Assembly (NCBI GenBank): GCA_041640595.1
Contig: JBEPZY010000009.1
Location: forward strand, 32,001-96,000
Direction: 5' to 3'
Source: Gemmatales bacterium
GTDB lineage: Bacteria; Planctomycetota; Planctomycetia; Gemmatales; HRBIN36
Length of the DNA stretch: 64,000 nt
This document shows, piece by piece, positions 9,544 to 18,701 of the stretch (positions are counted from its first letter, which is position 1; each line of letters begins with the position of its first letter). The translations under genes and the position numbers were made by a program. A model generated the notes under the pieces. The model was not told the origin of the DNA, did no database searches, and saw only the letters and a list, made by a program, of their open reading frames with translations.

Positions 9544-10359
9544 ATGAGCCAGTCGCTGGCCGCTAGTTCAACGACAACGGAATACGTGCCTGTAGAAACA
9601 AGCGGTGGCGAAATCCTGCCGTTTCCATCACCGGCAAATTCTTCCCCTCCAGCTGACACTGGCCGGGAACCGGAAGCGCCACCCCATCAGTCCTACACAA
9701 CAGCGCAGGCTTTGGCAGAGTTTGAACGCTGGAGTCGCAGTTATGATCGGAGCTTTTTGCAATACCTTCTGTTTGAACCGACCCATCGTTTGCTGCTGGC
9801 GCAGCTGGCTCCCGATGTGCGGCGACTTCTGGACATAGGTTGCGGTACCGGAAAATTCCTCGCCCAGGTGGCAGAGTGTTTTCCCGAAACCGAGATTTTT
9901 GGGCTGGATTTATCTCCGGGCATGCTGGAACGGGCCAAACCTCGCTGTCAGCGTTACGGAGACCGTGTGCGACTGGTACGCGGCGACAGTGCGTGCCTGC
10001 CCTTCCCGGACAACTTTTTCGACGTGGTAACCTGCAGCCACAGTTTCCACCACTATCCCGATCAGCAACGGGTGATTTGCGAAATCTACCGGGTGTTACG
10101 CCCCAATGGACGCATGCTGCTGGTAGATGGAGACCGCGATGGCTGGTGGGGCTGGTTCATTTACGACATCTGCGTCACCTGGCTGGAAGGAGGCGTACAC
10201 CATTGCTCCGCAAAACGCTTTCGTCAGCTGTGCCAGTCGGCGGGGTTTCAACAACTGCAACAAATTCGCCGGGGCCGATTAGCTCCTTTCCTGGTCACCG
10301 TTGCCACCGCCATTAAGACCGCCCTGGAACTCGCCATGCCATTAAGTCGCGCCGCGTAA
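9544..10359 (+). CDS. Class I SAM-dependent methyltransferase (UbiE-like)
   Basis: LLDIGCGTG and LPFPDNFFDVVTC motifs; AAGGAG RBS before ATG 9544. Confidence 0.85.
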   Translation: MSQSLAASSTTTEYVPVETSGGEILPFPSPANSSPPADTGREPEAPPHQSYTTAQALAEFERWSRSYDRSFLQYLLFEPTHRLLLAQLAPDVRRLLDIGCGTGKFLAQVAECFPETEIFGLDLSPGMLERAKPRCQRYGDRVRLVRGDSACLPFPDNFFDVVTCSHSFHHYPDQQRVICEIYRVLRPNGRMLLVDGDRDGWWGWFIYDICVTWLEGGVHHCSAKRFRQLCQSAGFQQLQQIRRGRLAPFLVTVATAIKTALELAMPLSRAA

Positions 10360-10436
10360 AAAACCAACCGCCAGACCTGTTCACACGAACCGCGACCATG
10401 GGCAGTCACGCGCAACGCTTGCCCGAAACAACAACG

Positions 10437-10712
10437 TTACTTTCCCTGCCGTTCATGGGCGTCGCGGAGCAAATCCACGACTTCCTGAACGCTCGCCTCG
10501 GGTAGGCTTTTGCCCTTTCGCCGAAGTGTCTCGGTTACATGGATAACTGCATCGGTCATCCGCTCATGCGTTTCCTGAGAACCGCCATACAAAACGTAAT
10601 GCTCTCCGGTGGTTACGCGGATGTGGCCGTCCTGATTGTCCAGGCCGATACCAATCAGGCCGACCAGTTCCTGGGCTTTTCTTTTCTGCGACCGAGAAGG
10701 TTGTCGAGCCAC
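10437..10712 (-). CDS. Small conserved hypothetical protein
   Basis: 91 aa; GIGLDNQDGHIRVT and GGSQETHERM motif typical of PVC small proteins. Confidence 0.7.
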   Translation of the reverse strand: MARQPSRSQKRKAQELVGLIGIGLDNQDGHIRVTTGEHYVLYGGSQETHERMTDAVIHVTETLRRKGKSLPEASVQEVVDLLRDAHERQGK

Positions 10713-10800
10713 TGCTACGTCCCTTTATATTGTTGCCGTGCCGTTGACAATATATCCGACAAAACGGATGCCTGTCAACCCTGAGGGATTGTGTGGCTCG

Positions 10801-10898
10801 GACTTTCTGATTCCAGCCGCGAGATTCAAAGCCCGCCAATTTTCCGATCCAGCCATTGGCGCTTCTCCGGTTGCGAGTTTCTGATTCCAGCCGCGAGA
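10801..10898. repeat. Direct repeat pair, period 74
   Basis: GACTTTCTGATTCCAGCCGCGAGA (10801) vs GAGTTTCTGATTCCAGCCGCGAGA (10875), 23/24; weak partial copy at 10841. Confidence 0.75.
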
Positions 10899-10959
10899 GT
10901 AGCCGTTTTCCGTCGCGTAAGTAGATTGACCCGGGGTCAATCTCTCGGCAGCCATCACC

Positions 10960-11448
10960 ATGAGCCGAACCAGGTCCGAAACCCTGTTCGCGCCGGACGG
11001 TCGCTTGCGGCAGGAATATTTCACGCCGTCGGCCATCCGGGCACTGCGTGCGGCTTGCGACGCGGCCATGCGCACCGGCTGGCCCACCGTGCGCACTCCG
11101 CACTTGTTTATCGGTTTGCTCGAGGAAGCGGATGAACCGATAGCCCGCTGGCTAAGCCAAAACCAGCTTGATGCCGCCCGGCTCAGGACGGATTTCCTCG
11201 ACTGGTTCGATATGTCGGAGCAACTACCTGCCCGGCAAATTCACCTCCAGGCCGAGTGTTTCTCCGAACACCTGCGCCAGGCTCTGCAATTCGCCTATGA
11301 GCGTGCCCTGCAGCGGGGGGGTCCACCCATCACACCCGCGGATTTGCTGGCCGCGGTGTTTCTGTGCGAACCCAGCGTCGTTTGTGAATGCCTCCGGCGC
11401 GACGGCTACGACGTTGCTTCCTTCGTCACCAGCGTCAAGTCCATCTGA
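10960..11448 (+). CDS. Stand-alone Clp protease N-terminal (repeat) domain protein
   Basis: Two Clp_N repeats: FTPSAIRAL...VRTPHLFIGLL and FSEHLRQALQFAY...ITPADLLAAVF. Confidence 0.8.
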   Translation: MSRTRSETLFAPDGRLRQEYFTPSAIRALRAACDAAMRTGWPTVRTPHLFIGLLEEADEPIARWLSQNQLDAARLRTDFLDWFDMSEQLPARQIHLQAECFSEHLRQALQFAYERALQRGGPPITPADLLAAVFLCEPSVVCECLRRDGYDVASFVTSVKSI

Positions 11449-11773
11449 ACCGCGGACGGTAACGGCAATTCGTGCTGCGATTCTGCCGATAGCAGTTCTC
11501 CGGAACGGATCACGCCGGGCGGGTTTGCGAGTAAGACCGCACTGTCCTTCGTTCGGCCCTGCCACGTCCCGATCGGAAATCGAGTGCACTGAACTTGAGC
11601 CGTACCGTGGCGGCGTTTATCTTCTCCAGGTGCCCCAAAATCTGCCGAACACGGAGAATGCAGAACTTGCATCGGCAGGTGGCCACACCCGAATTCCTTG
11701 CCCACGCCAGATTCCACGTGCCCCGACTACCGGAACAATTCTCCTTTCCGACTACGCCACTTCGCCGGTGAAT

Positions 11774-14461
11774 TTAGCCATCTGCATTCCCGGTCGCGGT
11801 TGCGGCTGGAGTGGCGGCAGTTTCCTGGGTAGCGGCAAGGGTGCGAAGTTGTTCGGCCAGTTCGGGTGAAAGCTCGCTGGTGCCTCGACATTTCGGATAT
11901 CGGGAACAACCAAGGAAGAAACCACCCTGACGATTGGCGCGTAGCTTCATGGGCCCGCCACATACCGGACAGTTCTGGTCAATTTCCAGTTCCGGCACCG
12001 TAACTCTGGGCCGACGCGGATACAGCTGGGCCGCCTGTTCACGAAGATGCTCCGGCAGCGGCTGTGCATTACGGCATCTGGGATAAGCAGAACATCCCAA
12101 AAACGGCCCCCGCGGTCCGGGACGGATGACCATCGGGCTGCCGCATTTTTCACACTCGATTCCCGTGTCTGGCATCTCGATGGGCTCGCCCTGCTCGTTC
12201 ACGTTTTTGGTATTGCGACATTTGGGCCAGGCGGAACAGGCCAAGAATTTCCCGCGTTTTCCCTCTCGCAAAATCATCGGAGAGCCGCAGCGTTCGCAAA
12301 CATACTCGCTTTTTTGCGCCGTGATTACGGGTTGTCCCTGGGAATCCAATGTCATGGTAACCGGGCAGTCGGGATAACCGGAACAGGATAAAAACACGCC
12401 ACGCTTGCCACTTTTGCGCAGCATAGGCCTGCCACACTGCGGACAGGTATGTTCGGTGGGCTGGGCGGAGTCGGCTCGTTCGCCGTTGGACTTGACGTAA
12501 CGGCATTCCGGATACCGCGAACAACCGAGAAACTCGCCGGTCTTGCTGTAGCGGGTTACCAGTGGGGCACCGCACAGCGGGCAGCTCTCCTCAGACTCCT
12601 GTCCCTTGATCTTGGGCATCTTCGCCTCAGCCACCTTGAGGGCTTGGGAAAACGGTTCATAAAACTCGTTGAGCACGGCCCGCCAATCGGCCCGAGCGTT
12701 TTCGATGGCGTCCAGTTCCTCTTCCATGTGGCTGGTAAACTTCACGTCGAGGATTTTCGGGAAATGCTCAACGAGTAAGTCGGTAACCAGCATCCCCAGC
12801 GGGGTAGCATAAAATCGGCGATTCTTCTGTTCTACATAACCCCGTTGTTGGATCTTGCTGATGATGGTCGCGTAGGTGCTGGGCCGACCGATACCCTCTT
12901 TTTCCAACGTCTTGACCAGCGAAGCCTCGGTATAACGCGGAGGCGGTTGCGTGAAGTGCTGGGAAGCGAGCAACTCTGCACAGGCCAGTTGTTGCCCCTG
13001 CTCTAATGCCGGTAACAGTGCATCTTCCTGTTTGCCCACCGGTTGATACACGCGCCGGTAGCCGTCAAATCGCAGCACCTTCCCCTGGGCCTTGAGTAAT
13101 CCACGTTCGCCATCGGTGCTGGCTTCGATGGTTACGTTGGTAATATCGAAGCGGGCCGGTTTCATCTGGCTCGCCACGAAACGCCAGTAGATGAGCGAAT
13201 AAAGTTTTAGCTGATCCGGAGTCAGCCATGCAGCTACCCGGTCGGGTGTATAACTGAGGTCGGTGGGGCGGATAGCTTCGTGCCCTTCCTGAGCCGCTTT
13301 GCCGGATTGGTAAACGTTAGGAGCAGCGGGCAGGTAATCTTCGCCGTATTGCTGTCGGATAAACTCACGCACCGAAGCGAGGGCCTCGTCGGAAATCCGG
13401 ACGCTGTCGGTTCGCATGTAGGTGATGAGAGCTACCGGGCCTTCCGGTCCGAGTTCTACTCCTTCGTAAAGCTGCTGGGCCAGCCGCATGGTTTTTTCGC
13501 CGGAAAACCGGAAGCGAATGTTAGCCTGCTGCTGCAACGTGCTGGTGATAAAGGGCGGCGGAGGGGAATCGAGCCGTTCTTTCTGTTCCACGCTGACCAC
13601 AACAAATCGGGCCTTTTGCAAGGCTTGCGCCAGCTGGAACGCCTCCGATTCGTTGCGCAGATTAACCTTGGACTGCTGCCACTCGGTCAGCTCAGCCAGG
13701 AAGGTACCCTCCGGCGCTTCGCCGCGCTGAATGGGAGATGGCTCGGCCTCGGTGTCTTCAACCTCAGTTTCGTTTTCCTGCTTTGCTTTGCGAATCCGGA
13801 TGGGTGGAAGGCTGACGCTCTCCGCAGGCGATGCCCCTGCCGCCAATCCTTCGGCAGACCGAAGGGCTGCAAAAATCTTCCAGTATTCTTCGGGACGGAA
13901 CGCCTGGATTTCGCGTTCCCGCTCTACAATGAGGCGAACCGCAACGGATTGCACCCGGCCAGCACTGAGTCCGCCGCGAACTTTTCGCCGTAACAGCGGG
14001 CTGAGTTGATAGCCCACCACCCGATCGAGAAAACGCCGCGTCTCCTGGGCCCGAACACGGTCCATGTTAATCTGGCCAGGATGGGCAAAAGCTTCCTGCA
14101 CCGCCTTTTTCGTGATTTCGTTGAAGGTAACGCGACGCACACGCTCATCGGGCAAACCGAGCGCTTCTTTCAGGTGCCAGGCAATCGCTTCACCTTCCCG
14201 GTCCGGGTCCGGGGCGAGGAACACCAGCTGGGCCTTTTCCGCTTTCTTTTTCAGTTCAGCGAGGACTTCTTTGCGTTCGGGCAGGTTTTGATAGGTGGGA
14301 ACCCAGCCAGCCTCGATATCAATGCCAAAGCGCGACTTGGGCAGATCGCGGACATGCCCTTTGCTGGCCGCGACCTCGTATTCCGGCCCGAGATACTTGC
14401 TGATGGTCTTCGCCTTGGCTGGCGATTCCACGATCACCAGATGTTTCTTCCTCGAACCCAC
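11774..14461 (-). CDS. topA: DNA topoisomerase I with five C-terminal C4 zinc ribbons
   Basis: LVIVESPAKAKTI, DPDREGEAI, SAGRVQS, LITYMRTD (catalytic Tyr) and five CxxC...CSxxPxC repeats. Confidence 0.97.
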   Translation of the reverse strand: MGSRKKHLVIVESPAKAKTISKYLGPEYEVAASKGHVRDLPKSRFGIDIEAGWVPTYQNLPERKEVLAELKKKAEKAQLVFLAPDPDREGEAIAWHLKEALGLPDERVRRVTFNEITKKAVQEAFAHPGQINMDRVRAQETRRFLDRVVGYQLSPLLRRKVRGGLSAGRVQSVAVRLIVEREREIQAFRPEEYWKIFAALRSAEGLAAGASPAESVSLPPIRIRKAKQENETEVEDTEAEPSPIQRGEAPEGTFLAELTEWQQSKVNLRNESEAFQLAQALQKARFVVVSVEQKERLDSPPPPFITSTLQQQANIRFRFSGEKTMRLAQQLYEGVELGPEGPVALITYMRTDSVRISDEALASVREFIRQQYGEDYLPAAPNVYQSGKAAQEGHEAIRPTDLSYTPDRVAAWLTPDQLKLYSLIYWRFVASQMKPARFDITNVTIEASTDGERGLLKAQGKVLRFDGYRRVYQPVGKQEDALLPALEQGQQLACAELLASQHFTQPPPRYTEASLVKTLEKEGIGRPSTYATIISKIQQRGYVEQKNRRFYATPLGMLVTDLLVEHFPKILDVKFTSHMEEELDAIENARADWRAVLNEFYEPFSQALKVAEAKMPKIKGQESEESCPLCGAPLVTRYSKTGEFLGCSRYPECRYVKSNGERADSAQPTEHTCPQCGRPMLRKSGKRGVFLSCSGYPDCPVTMTLDSQGQPVITAQKSEYVCERCGSPMILREGKRGKFLACSAWPKCRNTKNVNEQGEPIEMPDTGIECEKCGSPMVIRPGPRGPFLGCSAYPRCRNAQPLPEHLREQAAQLYPRRPRVTVPELEIDQNCPVCGGPMKLRANRQGGFFLGCSRYPKCRGTSELSPELAEQLRTLAATQETAATPAATATGNADG

Positions 14462-14978
14462 AAACTTCCCTCCTGGATGCGCCCATCCTGCGGATGTTTA
14501 CGCTTAGTTGGGTAAAGAGCCGTCTCCTTCTGGCACGCTCCGACTTTCTGGACGTTCTGGTTGTTCGCCCGATAAGAGGCTTTTCCAGGGTGCTGGCGAC
14601 TTTGTAAGACCGCGTCAGGCTATGTACCAGGCAGGTTCCCTGGCAAGTTAATCAGCCCGAAGGAAAGCGGATTTACCCTGGGTTATGCGGCTTGGCCATT
14701 TTACGCCGCGGCTTTCGGAAAAAGCCAGTCCAGATTCCCAAACGGCCAGGCCCGACTACAATGCTGCTGCATGCTCGTCGGGCGACTATCTAAGCCATAG
14801 GACATAATGCGGACAAATGTCAAGTCGTCCCCTTGAGGCGACCGTGACCATCTCCTGGAAAAAGTCCTTTATCGGGAGCGGCTGGGGTCTGCCGCGGCGC
14901 GGAAACATCCGCCTTGGTAACTGCATTGCCGATTCACGGCGGGCTGGCGCTCTGGACTGATGCAAGCGAGGCATTGCC

Positions 14979-17876
14979 ATGGCTCTGGAAATTTTTGAAG
15001 TCTTTCGCCGGCGACAAAAGGTAATCCTGGCCTGGCTGGCAGTGCTGGCCATGTTTTTGTTCATCATCGGCGATGTTTTGATTGGCGTGCGGATGGGGCA
15101 TTACGGTCTGGGCTACGGTTTGCGGCGACTGTTTCACGACACCACCCTGGAAGAGCTGGAGGTCCTGCACGAACAACGCCAGGCAGCCCTTTCGTTTCTG
15201 GTTCGTGCCCGGTTCAGGGCGGACGAAATCCTGCGGCGGACCAAGTTTTCCAGCGGCGACCCCGAAAAGGATGAGACGCTCCGAAAAGAATACCAGCGCG
15301 AGTTGCGCACCGCCAACGATACTATGTGCGGCGATATTTTTCTGCGGGCTTATCAGTGGGCGCCGTTGGTACAACTGGGGCTGCCTCTGGACGTGGTCGC
15401 ATACGAATTTCCTCTGACAGCGGAAGGGTTGCTGGAATTCGCCTACTGGAAGGAACAGGCCAATCGCCTCGGGATCGTGATCGGCGCAGAGCTGATCCGG
15501 CAGGATTTTGAAAAGTTTACGTTCGGACTGCTGCCGGAGCAGGAATGGTATCGCTTACTGCAAGACTCGCGGATTGCCGCGGCTCCCAGCATCGTACTTG
15601 GCTGGGTGGCCGATGAAATTCGCGCCAGCCTGGCCAAACGCATTGTCGAAGGCCCAGGGCATAGCCGCGCCGTGCAACTCACCCCGCTCGACCTCTGGCA
15701 GGCTTATCGAGACCTCCGAACCGTCCTGCCGCAGGTTGGCATCACTTCACTGAGTATTGACGAGGAACGTTTCACCAAGGCCGTGTCTGAACCGGACGAA
15801 TCCCAGCTGCGGGCTTATTTCGACGAACACAAACTCCAGGAACCCGACCCCATGCGACCCAGTCCTGGTTTTCGCGTCCCCACTCGTTACCGTGTCGAGT
15901 TCGTGTACGCGGACTTCCGCTACGACCCGAAGGATCCCGCCAGGATTGGCGAAGCCTGGCCAGCGTATCGGCAAATGGTCGAAAGCCTGTTGAGCCTGGG
16001 CGGAGCTTTGCGCTGGACACCGGCGCTAAGCCTGGCAGGTGTTTTTGCACCTGCGGTTGTTCTGCCGCCTACGGAGCTGCCATTGCGAGCTTATGACCTG
16101 TACCGAACCAATCAGTGGCAACGCTATCGCATTGACGAAAACCTCGCCAGCTTTGCCCTGACCAATACGCCACTGGATCAGCGCGTCCATCATCACGGGA
16201 TATTGCCCCCCGGGACTGGCCCCTGGTTTATTCCTGGCGCCTCGGAGTGCGAACAGGCGACCCAACTGGTGTCTCGCGGACTGAATGCACTTACGGCTAT
16301 GCTTGGCGTAGCAGCACCGGTCGGCCTGCTGGCTTGGCCAGTTTCCATCCGCGCACCGCGAGCCGAGGCTCAAATGCTCGACCTGGCAGCCACCTTAGGC
16401 CGAACCGTTGCATCCACACTGGCGCTGGCAGCTCCCGCAGTTGCCAGCCGCGAACCGGTAAAGCTGGAAATGGTGATGGCAGCCAGTCTGGCGGGGCAAA
16501 TGGCTGGTCCGGTGATCCCTGTCACTGCGGTCGAGGCATGGCAAGCTGCCTTACGCGCTCCGATAAACTTGGAGACGGCTTCGGTGGCACCGGGTTACGC
16601 TGGTCTGGCTCTGACTGTCTGGGCGCCACCCCTGGCCGTGCCATTCGCCAGTGTTGCTTCCGAACTGGAAAACGAATACCTGCGCGGCGAAATTTCCAAG
16701 TTCGTTCATGGAGACCTGGAAACCTTGAAAAACGCTCTGGCCGAGTATCGGCAGGAATATCAAAAGGCCTACACCGCCTGGCGGAAATCTGCCAGGAGCA
16801 AGAGCCCGTTTGTTCCGCCTCCATTCAGCAAGACTAAACAGCCCATCGAGCAGTACGTGCAGAGTTTCTGCCAGCCGCGGGGTCTGCGTTATTTTCCGAT
16901 GAAAGAGCTACGCAGCCAGTACGAACTCATGCCGCGGCACAGTGGTGAGCTGGCCAAAATTTTGTATCCGCTTTATCTGGAAAGCAGGAATTTCCCACCA
17001 GGAACCCGACCGGCGGAAATCTGGAACCGGGAACTGGAATTCGCCCGGAAGTTGATCAGCGGGGAGGAATTCCTGATCCAGCCCGGCGCCAAACCCAAAC
17101 CCGAGGAAATCAAGGAGAGGGGAAGCTATTCCGTTTACGAACCGCGGTTTTTGATTCCGGGACAAAATGCGGCCCATCTGGCCATGATCTGGAAAGCCGA
17201 GGAAACCCCCGGTTATGTTCCCACTTTTGAAGAAGCGCGCGACCGTGTTGTTCAGGCCTGGCGACGCGAAAAAGCCCGGGAATTGGCTCGCCAGCACGCC
17301 GAACAACTGGCTGACCGCATTCGACAGCGTCGTCACGACAATCAGCGCCGCATCGAGGACATCTTGACGGAATTGAAAGGGCAGCCCGAGTTCGTGGAAC
17401 TTACCAGACTGGAAACTGTGGAATTGCGACGCTATGAATGGTTACCGCTTGGCTCACCGATTACCGGTCTGGAACCGGTGGCTCCAGGGCCAGTGCTCAG
17501 GCCGGTCTCTTCTCCACCGCTGGTTGATTATCCTGCCTCGGATTTTCTGCAGCAGGCTTATCAGCAACTGCGCGAACCAGGCGATGTCTGGATCACCACC
17601 AATCAACCCGCGGACAAAGTGTACATTCTGGTTCTCCTGCAACCTCGCCGGGAACCAACGCCGCAGGAATTCGAGGCAGATTACCTCAAACGGCCCTATA
17701 CCGACCGGATCAAGGTCAGGATGTCCACCTTCGAGTCGCAGACATTGGATGAATGGGTCCGCTCACAGAAGGTGAACGAACTCCGCCGACAATTCCATCA
17801 GTTTCTCCGGCAACGTTACCGCCTGGATGACGAAAAATATCGCCAGCTCGAAGACCTGACCCGCCGGTCTCGCTAA
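14979..17876 (+). CDS. Large membrane-anchored protein with SurA/PpiD-like N-terminus (planctomycete type)
   Basis: 965 aa. N-terminal FEVFRRRQK plus TM helix like PpiD/SurA_N; EPDESQLRAYFDEHK and PTFEEARDRVVQAW motifs. Confidence 0.6.
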   Translation: MALEIFEVFRRRQKVILAWLAVLAMFLFIIGDVLIGVRMGHYGLGYGLRRLFHDTTLEELEVLHEQRQAALSFLVRARFRADEILRRTKFSSGDPEKDETLRKEYQRELRTANDTMCGDIFLRAYQWAPLVQLGLPLDVVAYEFPLTAEGLLEFAYWKEQANRLGIVIGAELIRQDFEKFTFGLLPEQEWYRLLQDSRIAAAPSIVLGWVADEIRASLAKRIVEGPGHSRAVQLTPLDLWQAYRDLRTVLPQVGITSLSIDEERFTKAVSEPDESQLRAYFDEHKLQEPDPMRPSPGFRVPTRYRVEFVYADFRYDPKDPARIGEAWPAYRQMVESLLSLGGALRWTPALSLAGVFAPAVVLPPTELPLRAYDLYRTNQWQRYRIDENLASFALTNTPLDQRVHHHGILPPGTGPWFIPGASECEQATQLVSRGLNALTAMLGVAAPVGLLAWPVSIRAPRAEAQMLDLAATLGRTVASTLALAAPAVASREPVKLEMVMAASLAGQMAGPVIPVTAVEAWQAALRAPINLETASVAPGYAGLALTVWAPPLAVPFASVASELENEYLRGEISKFVHGDLETLKNALAEYRQEYQKAYTAWRKSARSKSPFVPPPFSKTKQPIEQYVQSFCQPRGLRYFPMKELRSQYELMPRHSGELAKILYPLYLESRNFPPGTRPAEIWNRELEFARKLISGEEFLIQPGAKPKPEEIKERGSYSVYEPRFLIPGQNAAHLAMIWKAEETPGYVPTFEEARDRVVQAWRREKARELARQHAEQLADRIRQRRHDNQRRIEDILTELKGQPEFVELTRLETVELRRYEWLPLGSPITGLEPVAPGPVLRPVSSPPLVDYPASDFLQQAYQQLREPGDVWITTNQPADKVYILVLLQPRREPTPQEFEADYLKRPYTDRIKVRMSTFESQTLDEWVRSQKVNELRRQFHQFLRQRYRLDDEKYRQLEDLTRRSR

Positions 17877-17951
17877 ACTGCCGGCCTTCGTGTGCTTGTC
17901 ATTGGGGCTGACGGGAACTCGGCGTGCAGTGGGTCAGCTTCCTGGCGGCGC

Positions 17952-18224
17952 CTAAAGATCGGTAAAGTCATCCAGGCGAGCTACGGCAACCACCTTGCTG
18001 CGAACAAGCACGACTCGTTTACGATTTCGCTTGATACCCGTGGTAACCGAGGAGGCGATATAGTTTTCACGTGTGGTGTCACTGTCGCGCATATCGTGCA
18101 GGTCAGCATCGGCCAGAATCAGATAGCGTTCATCCACCTGCTCGAGCCGACCGAGGCACACATACGGGCTCTCCATATCCACAATCACCATTTCGCCGAT
18201 AAGCTGCTCCAGCAAGTCGCCCAT
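17952..18224 (-). CDS. Sm/LSm-like protein
   Basis: Sm1-like LEQLIGEMVIVDM...LGRLEQVDERYLILADA and Sm2-like RVVLVRSKVVAV. Confidence 0.7.
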   Translation of the reverse strand: MGDLLEQLIGEMVIVDMESPYVCLGRLEQVDERYLILADADLHDMRDSDTTRENYIASSVTTGIKRNRKRVVLVRSKVVAVARLDDFTDL

Positions 18225-18240
18225 TGTGGCCTGATCTCCG

Positions 18241-18336
18241 TGGTAGCCATTCGAGTAGCTGTTAGCTCGACATGGCCTGACTAGCTGGTTACGGCCGCCG
18301 CTAGCTGGCAGCCATTCGAGTAGCTGTAAGCTCTAC
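18241..18336. repeat. Direct repeat pair (31 nt + 34 nt insert), period 65
   Basis: TGGTAGCCATTCGAGTAGCTGTTAGCTCGAC (18241) vs TGGCAGCCATTCGAGTAGCTGTAAGCTCTAC (18306), 28/31. Confidence 0.8.
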
Positions 18337-18342
18337 CGCAAC

Positions 18343-18457
18343 GAGCAACATTCCCGCTCTTCGATCCATCCTCTATGTCAGCTTGGAGCCTCTCCTTTGT
18401 GGAGACGCCCTCCGATCGGGGAGCTATATTCCCGCTTTTCAATCCATCCTATGCCAG
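18343..18457. repeat. Direct repeat pair (~38 nt + 39 nt insert), period 78
   Basis: GAGCAACATTCCCGCTCTTCGATCCATCCTCTATGTCAG (18343) vs GAGCTATATTCCCGCTTTTCAATCCATCCTATGCCAG (18421). Confidence 0.75.
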
Positions 18458-18701
18458 GCCAAGAGACCGTGTAGGTCGCCACTGGTTTGAACCAAGCCGG
18501 AGCGCGAACGGCAGTTGAGGCGAAAACGATTCTGCTCGATTAAGATGGCCGGGAAGACGGTGATTCACTGTACGAGACTTGGCCCGCCTGGGAGATTTGC
18601 ATGCCTAGAAGGTGCCAAAAGACCCGAAGACGTGTGGAACGTTTCCCGGTTCAGAAGTTTTCGTCAGGTGGAAGAGTTTTCGCAACAGGTAAGGCGGTGC
18701 G

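Noticed and set aside
11585..11690. Possible period-72 duplication (GAACTTG...CG...GTGGC at 11591 and 11663)
   Set aside because: Too few matching bases to separate from chance.
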